Shown: positions 1 through 13,700 of the stretch, one piece after another
Position numbering within the stretch: position 1 is the first letter of the stretch
How the letters are laid out: each line of letters opens with the position of its first letter
Assembly (NCBI GenBank): GCA_030141605.1
Contig: JAQGDQ010001513.1
Location: forward strand, 1 to 36,939
Length of the DNA: 36,939 nt
Direction: 5' to 3'
From: Tubiluchus corallicola
Lineage: Eukaryota > Animalia > Priapulida
The notes under the pieces: generated by a model
Seen by the model: the letters and a program-made list of their open reading frames with translations, nothing else
What the model was told of the DNA's origin: nothing
Database searches by the model: none
Made by a program: the position numbers and the translations under genes

Positions 1-1333
1 TACAGACAGACGAGCAAACGCACAAATAAACACAGAATCAAATAGATGTACAGACAGACGAGCAAACGCACAAATGAACACAGAACGAAATAGATGTACA
101 GACAGACGAGCAAACGCACAAATGCACACAGAATCAAATAGATGTACAGACAGACGAGCAAACGCACAAAGGAACACAGAACCAAATAGATGTACAGACA
201 GACGAGCAAACGCACAAATAAACACAGAATCAAATAGATGTACAGACAGACGAGCAAACGCACAAATGAACACAGAATCAAATAGATGTACAGACAGACG
301 AGCAAACGCACAAATGCACACAGAATCAAATAGACGTACAGACAGACGAGCAAATGCACAAATGCACACAGAATCAAATAGATGTACAGACAGACGAGCA
401 AACGCACAAATAAACACAGAATCAAATAGATGTACAGACAGACGAGCAAACGCACAAATGAACACAGAATCAAATAGATGTACAGACAGACGAGCAAACG
501 CACAAATGCACACAGAATCAAATAGACGTACAGACAGACGAGCAAACGCACAAATGAACACAGAATCAAATAGATGTACAGACAGACGAGCAAACGCACA
601 AATAAACACAGAATCAAATAGACGTACAGACAGACGAGCAAACGCACAAATGAACACAGAATCAAATTGATGTGCAGACAGACGAGCAAACGCACAAATG
701 AACACAGAATCAAATAGACGTACAGTCAGACGAGCAAACGCACAAATAAACACAGAATCAAATAGACGTACAAACAGACGAGCAAACGCACAAATAAACA
801 CAGAATCAAATAGACGTACAAACAGACGAGCAAACGCACAAATAAACACAGAATCAAATAGACGTACAAACAGACGAGCAAACGCACAAATAAACACAGA
901 ATCAAATAGACGTACAGTCAGACGAGCAAACGCACAAATAAACACAGAATCAAATAAACGTACAGACAGACGAGCAAACGCACAAATAAACACAGAATGA
1001 AATAGACGTACAAACAGACGAGCAAACGCACAAATGAACACAGAATCAAATAGATGTGCAGACAGACGAGCAAACGCACAAATGCACACAGAATCAAATA
1101 GACGTACAGTCAGACGAGCAAACGCACAAATAAACACAGAATCAAATAAACGTACAGACAGACGAGCAAACGCACAAATAAACACAGAATGAAATAGACG
1201 TACAGACAGACGAGCTAACGTACAAATAAACACAGAATCAAATAGACGTACAGACAGACGAGCAAACGCACAAATGAACACAGAATCAAATAGACGTACA
1301 GACAGACGAGCAAACGCACAAATGAACACAGAA
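1..1333. repeat. 48-bp minisatellite, about 27-28 copies (unit ACAGACAGACGAGCAAACGCACAAATRAACACAGAATCAAATAGAYGT), truncated by the window start
   Basis: Directly visible tandem array. The ORFs 74..670 and 698..1000 are its 16-aa periodic translation. Confidence 0.97.
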
Positions 1334-1641
1334 AAGGATCAATGAACTCCATTGGATGACTTTGTTCAATTTTAGTTTTATTTCATTTTCAATCTGTCAT
1401 TCGTTTGGCAGTTTTAGTGCTACGCAAAAGGAGGATAGGCCTGTATTACTTCACGTCTTGTTAAACCATTATTCTAACTGGAACTCCATAAAACAATGCT
1501 GGTGACGTGAACAATCGCATATTTAATCAGAAACAATGGCCACAGTTTACGTCTTTGATGCGCTCAAGTTCCATTTCGCAAGAGTTAGTTTTTCAGTGTT
1601 TTTGTGACTGAATCAGCAAGTAATGCAGCAGCAGTGCAGAT

Positions 1642-1702
1642 ATGGAGAAATTTACGATCTTGTTGATTTTTTTCTCTTCATCGATGTTCCTCGTTAAATA
1701 CG
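1642..1702 (+). CDS. Exon 1, signal peptide [20 protein letters not shown]
   Basis: ATG at 1642, hydrophobic core, phase-1 donor G|GTAAC that joins exon 2 in frame (..YALTQGESY..). Confidence 0.7.
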
Positions 1703-4700
1703 GTAACACTAGTTATTATTTATAATAATTATTAATAGATGTCATCATTGTTTCTTTCTGAAAAACTTAACTTGGTTTCTAACCGTTGTAAACTTTGATC
1801 AGATTTAATTTGGACTGTTTAGCAAAAAGACGTTTAAAATTTTAAATGTATTAAATCAAACGATAAAAAATCAAAACTCTAAAACTGATGACAAAGGACA
1901 CTGTTCTCTATAGTGCTCCTATTTTTGCATTATGAAAATATTGAAAAGCAAAGTCACGGTGATAAGAAATAAAGGCTTACTGGAACTGTGTATCACTAGG
2001 CATCACAATTTTAAAGCTTGCTTTCTAGTGAGCCAGGTTTGTACAGTATAAATAATTCTGTGAAACGTTGTTTCTGTCACTGAAGTGGCCTTTCCAGGGC
2101 GCACGCCTGGGCAAGGTGTATGGAGGTCCATATATCCCGTTGGGTCACTTGACCTCCTCCGCCCTCTAGCCGTTGGCTGCTTGTGCAGCTCCTCCGCCTA
2201 GTGTCGAGATACAGTGTGGGCATACCGCAAGCATTTTTATCGGTTATAGCGCCAATAGCTCGCTTTCACACCTAGCTCATTTAGTAAAACCAGTGTCGCC
2301 ACGAGGAGGCAGAGCGTAGGAGTTTGTCTGGCAGAGGTGGTAGAGTTGCACAAGCCTTTTGGAGCCACTTTGTAGGTCACTGGGAGCTCATCCCCAAGTG
2401 CCCAGCTCCGGCATTACCAAGACCTTTAGACACCATTCTAACGTAAACTTGCAATTACGCATAAGGGTGTAATCTTCGTGCTCAAATATTTTTTGCACTT
2501 GTGTGTTTGCTGTAATTTAGTAAAAGCCATAGTCTTGATGTATAAGAAAATACCAGACTGTGACTGCTAATGCTACTAATATGTGTACGTTTAGGCTAAG
2601 CAGTACTTTTCAGGAACCTGTTTCTGCCACTGACTCAAGTGCACACTGCAAACTTGTACAAACTGCTAAAAGGCCTCCAGAAAAGTCTGTTCTTTGGAAA
2701 TAGTTGGCTGTTTCGTTGAAAAACATCCATGCTTGCTGAGAGAAATTATCTACCGTTTAGTAGGTTTAAAGTTGAGTTGATTAACCCATAAGCAGGTGTC
2801 TACGGAGCTGTAGGAAAGAAATCAAATTGTCCAGTTCAATTCAACTGTAGGCACCAACGCTCAGAGACACTTAGATCGCAAAAAATAAATCGAAATCGTA
2901 CTATAAATGGTGAATGCTTTGCTCTTTTTAGGCAAGATACCTTCGTTTTTATTTACTGAAATTTTATTTTGAAATCATTATAATAAAGTCGATTAATAAT
3001 GTTTTGGTAATAATAACAATAATAATAGGCCTAATGTTTTATTCATAATGTCGCATATTTTGTATCACACGCTGCGTATGCTTTGAGGCACGAGACGTGC
3101 AGGGGGTGAAACGCGGAAAAAGCAACAGCTGGAGCACCAGGTAGTGGGTCCTTAATCCTGTACTGAAACAAACAGGGATAAAGGTACAGGTACACTTCGT
3201 CATATCAACTCCCACAATATTTTACTGACAAAATTACGAATGCCTATCAGGCACCGCTATTTGAAAACTGTTTGGTAAAAAAGTCTCAGTTTACAGTAAA
3301 AGTAGAAATTGTAAGATGATGAAGGTGCCAGTAATAGTGTGCAATAACTTCACCGTCTTTATTTTCAGCACTTACTCAAGGGGAGAGCTATCGCACAATT
3401 GGCTGCTACAATTCAAGCTTGTTTGACATACAGAAAGTCATGACTTTCACCTACACTTATTACTGTAAAAAACTTTGCATTGGAAGAATGACCACATTTC
3501 CACTACCAAGATACCTTTATATGGGCTATTCTCCTAGTCTAATTGTAGGCGGCGACCAGCGGTGCGTATGCAGTAACAGTAGCAATTTTTCACCCGAGAC
3601 CGTGAGTAGTCAGGCTTTTTGTGATCAAACATGTCCAAAAGATGTTAGTCACCCGGGTATAACAGAACCGTGTGGAGCGCAATTTGAAGCCTCGTATGGC
3701 AGCCTATATTGGGCAGGTTAGTGTATACCACAATCCATTCTGTAAGACATGCGCGAACTATTCACATTCTTATACTAGTTTCTGTTGTTATTTCAAATAT
3801 GAAATTGCACAAGCATTTGGTTCACGTTTACAGGTCAGTTTCTTTAAAATGCTGAGCAGAAAGAGTTTCATAAGAAAAATTAACTCGTATCTTTGAGGAT
3901 GTTTAAAACTCTCGCTTCATAATGTTCATTTTTTGCATGTGCAGAAAATATTATCATGTATGCTGATATGATATCTGATATATGTATATGCTGTCACTAT
4001 ACAGTTTACATTTTCTAAAGTTTTTTCAACAAACACGCAAAATGCTTGAAATGCATATAATCAGTGCACCAACCTGCTTAAAATAAGTCTGTGCTTCTAC
4101 GTACGTTAAGATGATTAAAATAGCTTTTGCTGCTGGACAAGATTACACTAAAGCATTGCAACTGCTTTTAACTTGGTCTTTTGTCTCATGGCACGTGCAA
4201 CTAATTAGATGCATGCGCCTAGCCAACTCCCTACTTTTTGTGCAGCTCCACCTACTGGACCAGTCAGGTCCTTGGGTGAGTTTACCAATCGGTGCCAAAA
4301 TTCACCTCAAACTTGCAAAAAAGACGGAAGCAGAGGACCATTGCTAGGTTTTCAAGTCAGCAGAGAACTGTTGTTAAGGGATGTCTAAAGATGGGGTAGA
4401 TTTCAATAGTACTTAATGCAAGCAGGTCATTTACCAAAGCAAAAGAAGAATTATGCAACAAAGGAAGTAATTTTTTTCAAATTCAAGGAAAATTCTGTGG
4501 GGATAATTTAAGCTACAAATTGTTAACACACTTAATTGATAGTTAATAAAACCAATCACATTAAATGGTTCAGAGTGTTGGTCCCCCTTCTCGTTTAATA
4601 GTAGCAAAATATAAACAAATTATGAAATTACAACTGAAAATATATACGATGATTTACTCATAGAATTACCTAATGTAAAGTTATGTAAGTTGGCTCTTGG

Positions 4701-5912
4701 CAACAATAAATTTTTGGTTAATCGTGCGACCGGGGGAGAGTTGGGTCGTTTCCCTATATACGTGGGCGTTATAATTAGGACAATAAAATACTGGCTTAAA
4801 TACTGAACTCTCCACAAAATACATTGATATACCAAACCTACAAAAGAAAATTAATTCTTCTAAACCAAAATACGGGATGTTGGTTACAATTTGCAAGAAA
4901 CATTTTACGTCATTTTGACTTTTCTCATATCTGGGAACAGTAAGGGGTCGATCAAACCAAATCTACATGCTTTAAAGGACAAGTTATAAAATTTACTGGA
5001 AGGAATGTGTTACTAAAGTAACAGGCAAAACAGGCGAAGCTAATAAACTACGAACCTAATTAAAAATTTAAGCAAGAATTTGAATCTGAGAAGTATCTTC
5101 TTTTGCACATAATCATGTACTAAGATCGAACTTTGTTAAACTGTGTATCAGTTCTCACAACTTGTATATAGATAAAGGCCTGCATTGTAACTGTTAGCAA
5201 GCAAAAATTGGATATGAAACGCATTTTGTACTTGACATTAAAAATTACTGTAATTTAATCTGTAGTTTGTAATGTGGGGAAACCGTGTTAAACAAGCTTA
5301 AATTATGTTCACTGATTAAATTTCACAAAATCGATCTACAGACTTCGCATGTCTATTAATTACTATTTTGTATTAGAAGTAGCATATACTACTACCAAAA
5401 ACGCTTAGTACTAAAAAAATGTTATGTCCCTCCTGGATATCGTATCACCGATATTCGATTGTTTTTGTATATTGATTCGATAATTCAGCCATATGTGTTT
5501 CAGGAAACAATACCTACGTTGGATGCTCTAATCTAGACAAATTTGGATTGATATTCGATTTTACATATGGTCCTCACCGTGGAATTAATTTTACTGACTT
5601 AGTCAACGTGTGCAAATCGAAATGTCCTGATTTCGTAGCGTATTTCACCAATAGGAGTGAAATATATTGTATGTGTGTTGAACAAAAGCCAGGGATTCAG
5701 TTAGAAGATCACCTAGAAAGAAGTGGTAAACTTTGTCCTGATAACTGCCCGACGAATGACGAAGGTATCAAGAAATGTGGAGAAGATATCGCAGGAAATT
5801 TCACCCAAGTTTATATTGATACTGGTATTTATTTTTATTTTTTTGTTTCAATTTTTGAGATAAATTACTGCGACAGGCAGATACCCAAATTCACAAGTGT
5901 GTGCACTACGGC

Positions 5913-5944
<32 letters not shown>

Positions 5945-6734
5945 CATCTTAATAATAAGTAGATGTTGTGACGTCAAGCCTTAAAGATGCATGAACAAAC
6001 CAAGAATTTTTACTTTTACCCGGAAATTTTTCTAATGGCAGAAATAGCCCATTTAACCATTAATTAATTAATTACTTGACTAATGGCTTAATGGACTATT
6101 TCTGCAAATCAATCGACCAGTTTCTAGGTGGAATTTCCTTGGCATTTCTGTGCAAAGACTAAGCAACTAAAGTGATTACTTAATTAATAAAATAAAACTT
6201 CAGCAATCAGTACACAAGCATTACACAGTTTGGCAATTTTTGCCTAGGTGTTCTCAGCTTTCGAACCCAAAAGTAATTTGCTTCTTAGTTAACACAGTGC
6301 CTATTTACCCTTTTCTTTAACTAACACAGTAAAATCAAATTCTTCATTCTCCTAGAAAGTCCTAGATTATGCCATACTTATGGCATTTTGTACTAAATGA
6401 GTATGAAAAAACAACTGAATGAGTATGGTCGTACTAGAAAAAAACTGAATGAGTGTGGTTCCCCAATGGCAAAAAACATATTAATGAGTATGGTCCCCCA
6501 ATGGCAAAAAACATATTAATGTGTGTTGTCCCCCAATGGATAAAACGACTGAATGAGTTTGTTTCCTCAATGAAAAAAACTACTAAATCATCATGACCCC
6601 ATTGGAAAAAATAACTGAATGGGCATGGTTCAAATTAAGAAAAACTGAATGAGTATGGAAATGGGAAAAAACAAAAGAACGAGCATGGTGCTAATGTTAA
6701 AGACTTTTGCAGATGTAAAACATGAGGAGAGATG

Positions 6735-6772
<38 letters not shown>

Positions 6773-6773
6773 C

Positions 6774-6816
<43 letters not shown>

Positions 6817-7002
6817 CAGGTGTGTGTGTGTGTGTTTGTGTGTGCGTGTGTGTGTTTGTGCGTGTGAGCTCTGCGTGTGTGCGTGCGTGCATGTGTGTGT
6901 TTATGCGTGTGTGTGCATGTGTGTGTTTGTGCGTGTGTGTGTGTTTGTGGGTGTGCATGTGTGTTTGTGCGCGTGGGTGTGCGTGTGAGCTCTGCGTGCA
7001 TG

Positions 7003-7051
<49 letters not shown>

Positions 7052-7697
7052 GTGCTTGTGTGTCTGTGCTCTGCATGCGTGTGCGCAAGTGTGTTCCTAT
7101 TATCCGTTTATCTGTCACCACTTTCCTTGGCTCTGGAGTAATCTGGCATGCTAGAATCACGTACAATGGTGGGCATCGTTAAACGTGAGAACATATTTGT
7201 TTTTCAATCAATTGGTGCGCAACTTGAATTTTTACAATTTTAAACGCCCTTGTGCAAATAACTGCACGGTGTAATGTGCCAATGCAGAGCAGCGAGACAA
7301 GTGTAGCTAGGCAATCGCAATACACACTAATAGGCAAATGAACGATTCATTAACAATGGTATCGCATTTAGCAACAGTTAGTAGCTAGGCAATCGTAGCT
7401 AGTAACACATTAATACATGATTTTAGCTTTTAGCATAAAAGTTTTTATACAAAGTTGTACTGTTTCTAACTATAAACTAGTAAGTGGTTTTAAACAGGCA
7501 AGCGTTTTGTTAGCACATGCGTACGAAAAAGGGGCCGTCGGTTTCTGCTAAATGCATTTTTTCGAGCAAAGGCCAAATAATGAATAAAATAAAACAATAC
7601 TTTTCATAAAAGGAAAAAATATTGAAATTTTTGTATGATGCCAAAGGAACCCCCCGAAATCTGGGCGTTTTTCATCATTGGGTAATTCCCGAATCAG

Positions 7698-7740
<43 letters not shown>

Positions 7741-10700
7741 CGTTGTTGTTCTTGCTGCTGCCACTGATATAAAAACATCTGCTTCACAAACACACTTAAC
7801 AACCTCCAAACATTTCACACTTTCGAGAATATACTTTTGGATTTCGTATTAAATAATGCAGATTATTCCAATTTAATTTTCATGCTTACTACTAATCGTT
7901 GCCACTGTCATTCCCAATAGAATATCTGGTAGCTTAAACATCTTTGGCCTAAGCCCAGAGATGTGTCTTTCTTAGTCACGCCTCATTGCTTGACATTTGC
8001 ACATCTTACGGGTGCAAAAACACGAAAAAACGTTATTCTCTTATTTTAAACACCTGAAGTTTCATCATTAGTGGATAGCTTTGAGGTAAACCCTCATTAT
8101 CCTTTTGATAATTCCCCAGTGGCCGCTCGATTTTCTCCATTAAGGTCTGTCTGAACTTCCCAGTTTGCTCTACATTTTTAAAGTGATTTAATATATTCTT
8201 CAGCATGAACGTACATAATTAACTTCAAGAAGACTTTCATACAATGATTAAGTAAATAAATAACGCCCAATAATTCTTGTTGTCATTACGGATGTCAATA
8301 TGATCTGACATAAAACAGTTTTTACCTGTCGCAGTGTTAGCAATTTGACAGACCTGCATATTTTTTCCGAATGACCAAGTTGTTTGTTCAAGGTGTTTGT
8401 TTTCTGCAGAGATTGTAAATTGTCCAATTGATTGCATTCATGGAAGTTGTGAATATGACGTAGACTTGGATTTTCGTTTTTACTGCAACTGCACACCTGG
8501 TTACACGGGAAAAAGTTGTGATAGAGGTTTGTATTGCATGGGTTTAAATAAAATTTAACATTGCAAGAACTTTATTGGATATAAAAAACATCGAACAGGG
8601 GAAACGACTGGTAAAAGTGATAATAACTGTGTTCGACTCTGTCAAAGTTTGAGGTAAGATTCTGTTTCTGTATCAGAAGCTGCTTTATGTTTGTTTTGAC
8701 AGGAGCTTTTGTTTTTTATTTACAGATAAAATTGCTTATTCAAAAGAATTAACCCTATGTGTATAAGTACAGTTGTGCTTGGCATTAAGAATTTCAGTGA
8801 AATAAACTTGTCACCATTTTTTTTGCTGAATTGTGGGTCAAGAGTCAATCAAATAATTGACAAAAAACACCATAAATTTTATCTCATCGACGCCTATGAT
8901 TTGATGTTGTACAACCTAGTGCTAGTTGACATTGGAAGCATTTGTATCAATAACATACATTTTCAGTTAAAATTCATGTTAGCCTATGAGCTTGTGGGCA
9001 AGTATCAAACAATGATTTACAGGAAGTGTGTTCTCATGCTTTGTTCATTTTTAACGCTGCACATTATTGATAAAGTGTAAAACCCGAAGATTCTGAGTTA
9101 ATTGACTGGCTTTAATTGGAATATCACTTATAACTTTAGAGAAGCTTCACAACAAGTAAACATATATACGATTTTATGCAATTACTGCACTTAGTACTAC
9201 ATTTGCTATTACAAAGCATTTCCCAAAATAACAAACTACGTTATAAGTAAAGAACCACATGTTGACTGTCAAACTGACACGTGTCAAATAGTCAAAGTAT
9301 GCAGAACCGAATAGCTCATATAAACTTTACGAAGTCGCCAGTATCACGTCATGTGATCAAACCAGTGTAGGACTATATGTAAGAAAACACGTAGGAATCC
9401 CTACAGATCGACATGTACAGAATGTTTATGAGCAACAAGAAATATTAAACAAATAAAATGTACTTACAGTGAAAGAAACGATTTGGAAGAAAGTAAAAGG
9501 ATAGTCAAAATATAAAAACATTATTATATAAAATGTATATAAAAATATGTAATTATATGAGAAACATAAAAATGTACTACAAAAGCTAGAATTGAACTTA
9601 TGACCTATGCATCGTGACAGCATTATTGCAGAAAGGAAATTAGTGTATCCTGAAACATTAATTAATATTGGTCCCCAATGTTTCAAGTCTAATTGTCCTG
9701 TGCCCCATTATCTCATGCCTAAGTTTACCATGCCATAATGTCGCATGCCCAAATTGTCTGTACTCAAATGCCCTGTTTCCGATATGCCACATGCCCTTTA
9801 GTCAGAACCAGCTAGTCTGATTTTATTTATTTTTCATTGTTAAGACTTTAATAACGAATGCGAATCAACTCCATGTCAAAATGGTGGAACATGTGAAGAC
9901 AAACTTGATGGTTACAATTGCACTTGTGCCGATGGATATAATGGAACTCATTGCGAACTGTCTGTTGGTAAGTGTGTTTTTTGTAACACTTGGACACTTA
10001 AACTTTTGTGACGTATTTTGCGTGTGCTTAGAATTGTTGCAAGACGCTATAATAACGTTTTGCTTTTTATCTGTGTTCGGCTGTGAGGTTACATTTGGGG
10101 TCGTTTAGGTGATAGTCATAAAGGTCAAGCTTTGTGCTGGACACTTGCAAACATCAATAGGCCAAGATTGACAGAATGTAAACTTTTTGATACGGCTTGC
10201 TTGGTTTCATATCATACTGCAAAAATAATAGAGCAAACACAAATAGAGACAATTTCAGTTTTTTAGTTGCTTGTAAATCTGTAATTTGTATATGTTTTCC
10301 ATAAGTTAAAAATTTGTCAGACAAATGTTCGTTGCAAAGTTTTCATATTGTTCAACTTACTGACGTAATACTGACGTTTCTATCAGAAACCATCATAGTC
10401 ATTCTGAAACTGGACACACATTGGAATGAATAATAAGTAGTAATTAGGGGCAAATATCTAATGTTCGAATCGAATTCTAGCTAGTTTATCAAGTTCAAAT
10501 TGAATTTGAATCTAAAATTCCAGATTTGAGTAATTCAGCACTCCAAAAACAAACATAGGCTTTTATTATTGAACCGTTTGAAATATCATGCAGTTAGCAA
10601 AATTTAGCTGCGATTTCTGCACACAAGTTTAAAACAAATTATTATAGTCTTACTGCAGAACAAAACCGAGGAGTGCGCATGATCTTTGTAAGACTATTTA

Positions 10701-13700
10701 CTGGTGGATTGAAAAGTCGTTTGAAAATCTTCAAAATCAATTCGAGAACTGAAGCTAGGTTTACTTCAAATTCAAATGTCTTTCTGGTAGAGAATGCTCA
10801 ACCCTAGTTGTCACTTGTTCCCCATTATTATACCCGACATACTTGTATCACAAGTTATTCTGCTGATCTTATTGACAATATATTCATAAATATAATTCAA
10901 CAAAATTTTAAGCAACGAAATGTGCTTACAGATCTAATTGATCATTTATGATAGACCTAGAGTTATCAGCCGTGCTGAGGCATGACTCCAAAAAGTGCAC
11001 AAAGACTCATGACACAGATAATTTAATAACGGAGCTTCAGAGCATTACTAGGTGTTGCTAAGTAACGATGTCAATCTATTATATGAATTTCTTTTGAGCT
11101 ACAAAATGAGCATCTGAAACCTCTTGCGTCTCTTCGCATGATCACACGTTTCTGGCCCTAGACTATAATGCCAATTATTTCTAATGCAGTACGAATGACA
11201 AAATATCAACATGTCATTCTAGTCATTCAAGAGTTTTTATTTTTACAGGATTACCTTGTACCTTACACTTTTCTGGAGCAGCCATTAGTCTTGAAAAAGC
11301 TCCTAGATATAAAGTGTGGATGTCGTTTACTGTGTTGCATTGGTTTGAGTGTGAAACTTCAGACATAGTACATGTGCAAAATAACTGGAATGTGTTACAT
11401 ATAATCAACTCCAGTTCAACAGTGCAAGTTAGTAATCTAGATGCTAACGTGGAACTCAATTGGGCATACATCGCAATACCAGCTGGTTTGCTCTTTCCTG
11501 GATCTTACATGTTTACACTTACTGCAACTGTGGCAACTGACAATGTCACTATGAACGTTACTGCAGAGGTAATTTAATGATTAGAATTTTATTTTTAATT
11601 TTCTTTTTTTCTGTACAAAAATACACCAAATTTATTGTTTTTACAGCCGTGTGGAATTTACATACTAAAATTATCGATAAAAAGTTTCAACTTCACATGA
11701 TAATTTTTTAGATAATTGACATTAAATAAAGTTCATCTTGTCTCGTTTTGTCTTAATGTGAATGTAAGAAATCACAACAACTTTTCAACATTTTTCTTCC
11801 AATTCTGTTTGTAAAGTCTTGGGATTTAGAAAGCCAATAGTGTTAATTGGAATTTTGGGTTAATTGAAATTTCAAGTTAATTAAATAGACACGTTACAGC
11901 ACAACTAAATTTTAATAAGAATAAAAATATTGTAAAGTGACGAATGTGAAATTTGTTTCGAATATTTAATACTTAAGTCATTTTTAATTTCATACTAACC
12001 TTTTAAAGCGTCTGTTATTGTTATTGTTAATATTGTTTTGCATCGATGTGCCATGACATGTCGCTTAAAAATATTTCCTTTGACTTGCTTCGTACACACA
12101 CATTTGCTTTTTCAAATGGTTTAAAAGCTATGGAATACAATAGTAAATACAAAAACGTATGAGCTGGTCTTAACAGCTAAAAACTGTGTACCACTTGCGC
12201 TGTGCAAGGAATACCTCTGCATGGTATTCCATATAGGTATGTTGATAGGCCACCGTGGATTTCACATTAGCAATGGTGGTAACAGCCACCTCAGATCTTG
12301 CACAAAATGTGTTGAACTTGCCCTGAAAGGGAGATGTGTGAAATGTACAGAGTAATTAGTTCAAGTAGGAAATGTACTGACAAGTGTTAATTGGAATTTT
12401 TTCTGAACTCTATCTGTGATAGTGAAGTTTTCTCAGACAATTTGAGAAAGAAGGTCTAGATAGATGCAACGGGTCATGGTTCAAATAAATAAAGTTGTTT
12501 AGCTTCAAAGTATTAATCCACTGAGATCAAATCAATTTAATTGAATTTCAATTCAATTCCGTCAATTTCTTCCTCATAATAAACAAATACTTATACATCG
12601 CAAGTGCATTTTTAAATCAAATTTCGATAATTCAACGAAATTAAGATGCAGTTCGTAAATTCAATGCTAAAGACTTAAGAAGCTAACTTATGTTAGACCA
12701 CCAGAATTGGTAGTGGAAAAAAATTAACAACATATTGCTGTTAGTTAGTGTGATTTACAGCGTTAGTGGTACTTCGTAATTACAATGTACGGTGCAGTAA
12801 AATCATGAATGTTTTAAGCATTTATGGGGGGGGGGGGGGCAACACAGGATTAGACTACATGGAGATGTGTCGTACACTGAAATAATAAATGTTTTAAACT
12901 TTCGCTAAGCATTAGTAGAGGAGGCAACACTTTTATATGGAGATGTGCAATGCAGATATGCAGATGGAAACAAAAGTGTATTATTATCCTAGAGGGTAAA
13001 TTCTAGCATGCTTCCTGAGATGGCACTTTCTTCCACGCTTTGCATTTTGGTAAAATTTGCTTTTGTTTTATTGTGGTTTGTAGGTCGTTGTTTTCTTGTA
13101 CGTGCATTGCTAGTTCCAGTAGTTTGCGTAAATAGCAAATAGCAATGTGGTATAATGGTGCACTTCGTTAATAAACCACAATGTATTTTCGTTCAGAGGT
13201 TTGTTATGGTCAAAGCTTCGGACATCGTACCTCTCATTCAAGGTGGACAGTCTAGAAAAGTGGGATGGGAGGACAATGTTACAATTGATGCATCATCCTC
13301 GTATGATCCCGACACTCCATACCTAAAGAAGTACCATAATGACTACCAAGATGAGTTTGCGTAAGCATTTCCTGAGTTAGATTCACGATTTGTCGTCTGC
13401 ACTGGCTCCACAATGGTATACATGTGTGTAATTGCTGATATGTGCAAAGTAGGTGCAACAGTGGATGTAGAGTAGAGAATTTCTACAGATTGCTAATGTT
13501 ATGTTACATTTCTACTCTTAATCAGGCAACACAGTTAAGCAGCACTGAAGTCATGTTAATGGATGGTGGCAGCTAAACATTTAATTCTCCATTTATAGTG
13601 GCATCATCTGCCAGATTGCTGATGGAGATTCAACCTTGTTCAGCCAGGATGTCATACTTGCATACATGAAAGCAACTGGCATTACAATTACCAGCAAAGT

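Noticed and set aside
74-1000. Repetitive ORFs (198 aa and 100 aa)
   Set aside because: They are translations of the 48-bp minisatellite, interrupted by sporadic stops, with no splice or domain support.
1-1333. CRISPR-like appearance of the tandem arrays here and at 16719, 32422 and 34735
   Set aside because: Head-to-tail units without unique spacers, no cas genes, and a spliceosomal eukaryotic context.
1885-1925. CTGATGA hammerhead core candidates (also near 24589, 27875 and 28482)
   Set aside because: No stem II plus GAAA with flanking helices could be built.
5825-5952. Poly-Cys C-terminus of ORF 5548..5952
   Set aside because: It lies beyond the exon 3 donor and is the intronic (TTG)n tract.
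6630-7182. His/Thr- and Cys/Val-rich ORFs
   Set aside because: Artefacts of the (GT)n microsatellite.
7548-7852. Poly-Q and poly-V ORFs
   Set aside because: Translations of the (GTT)n tract in intron 3.
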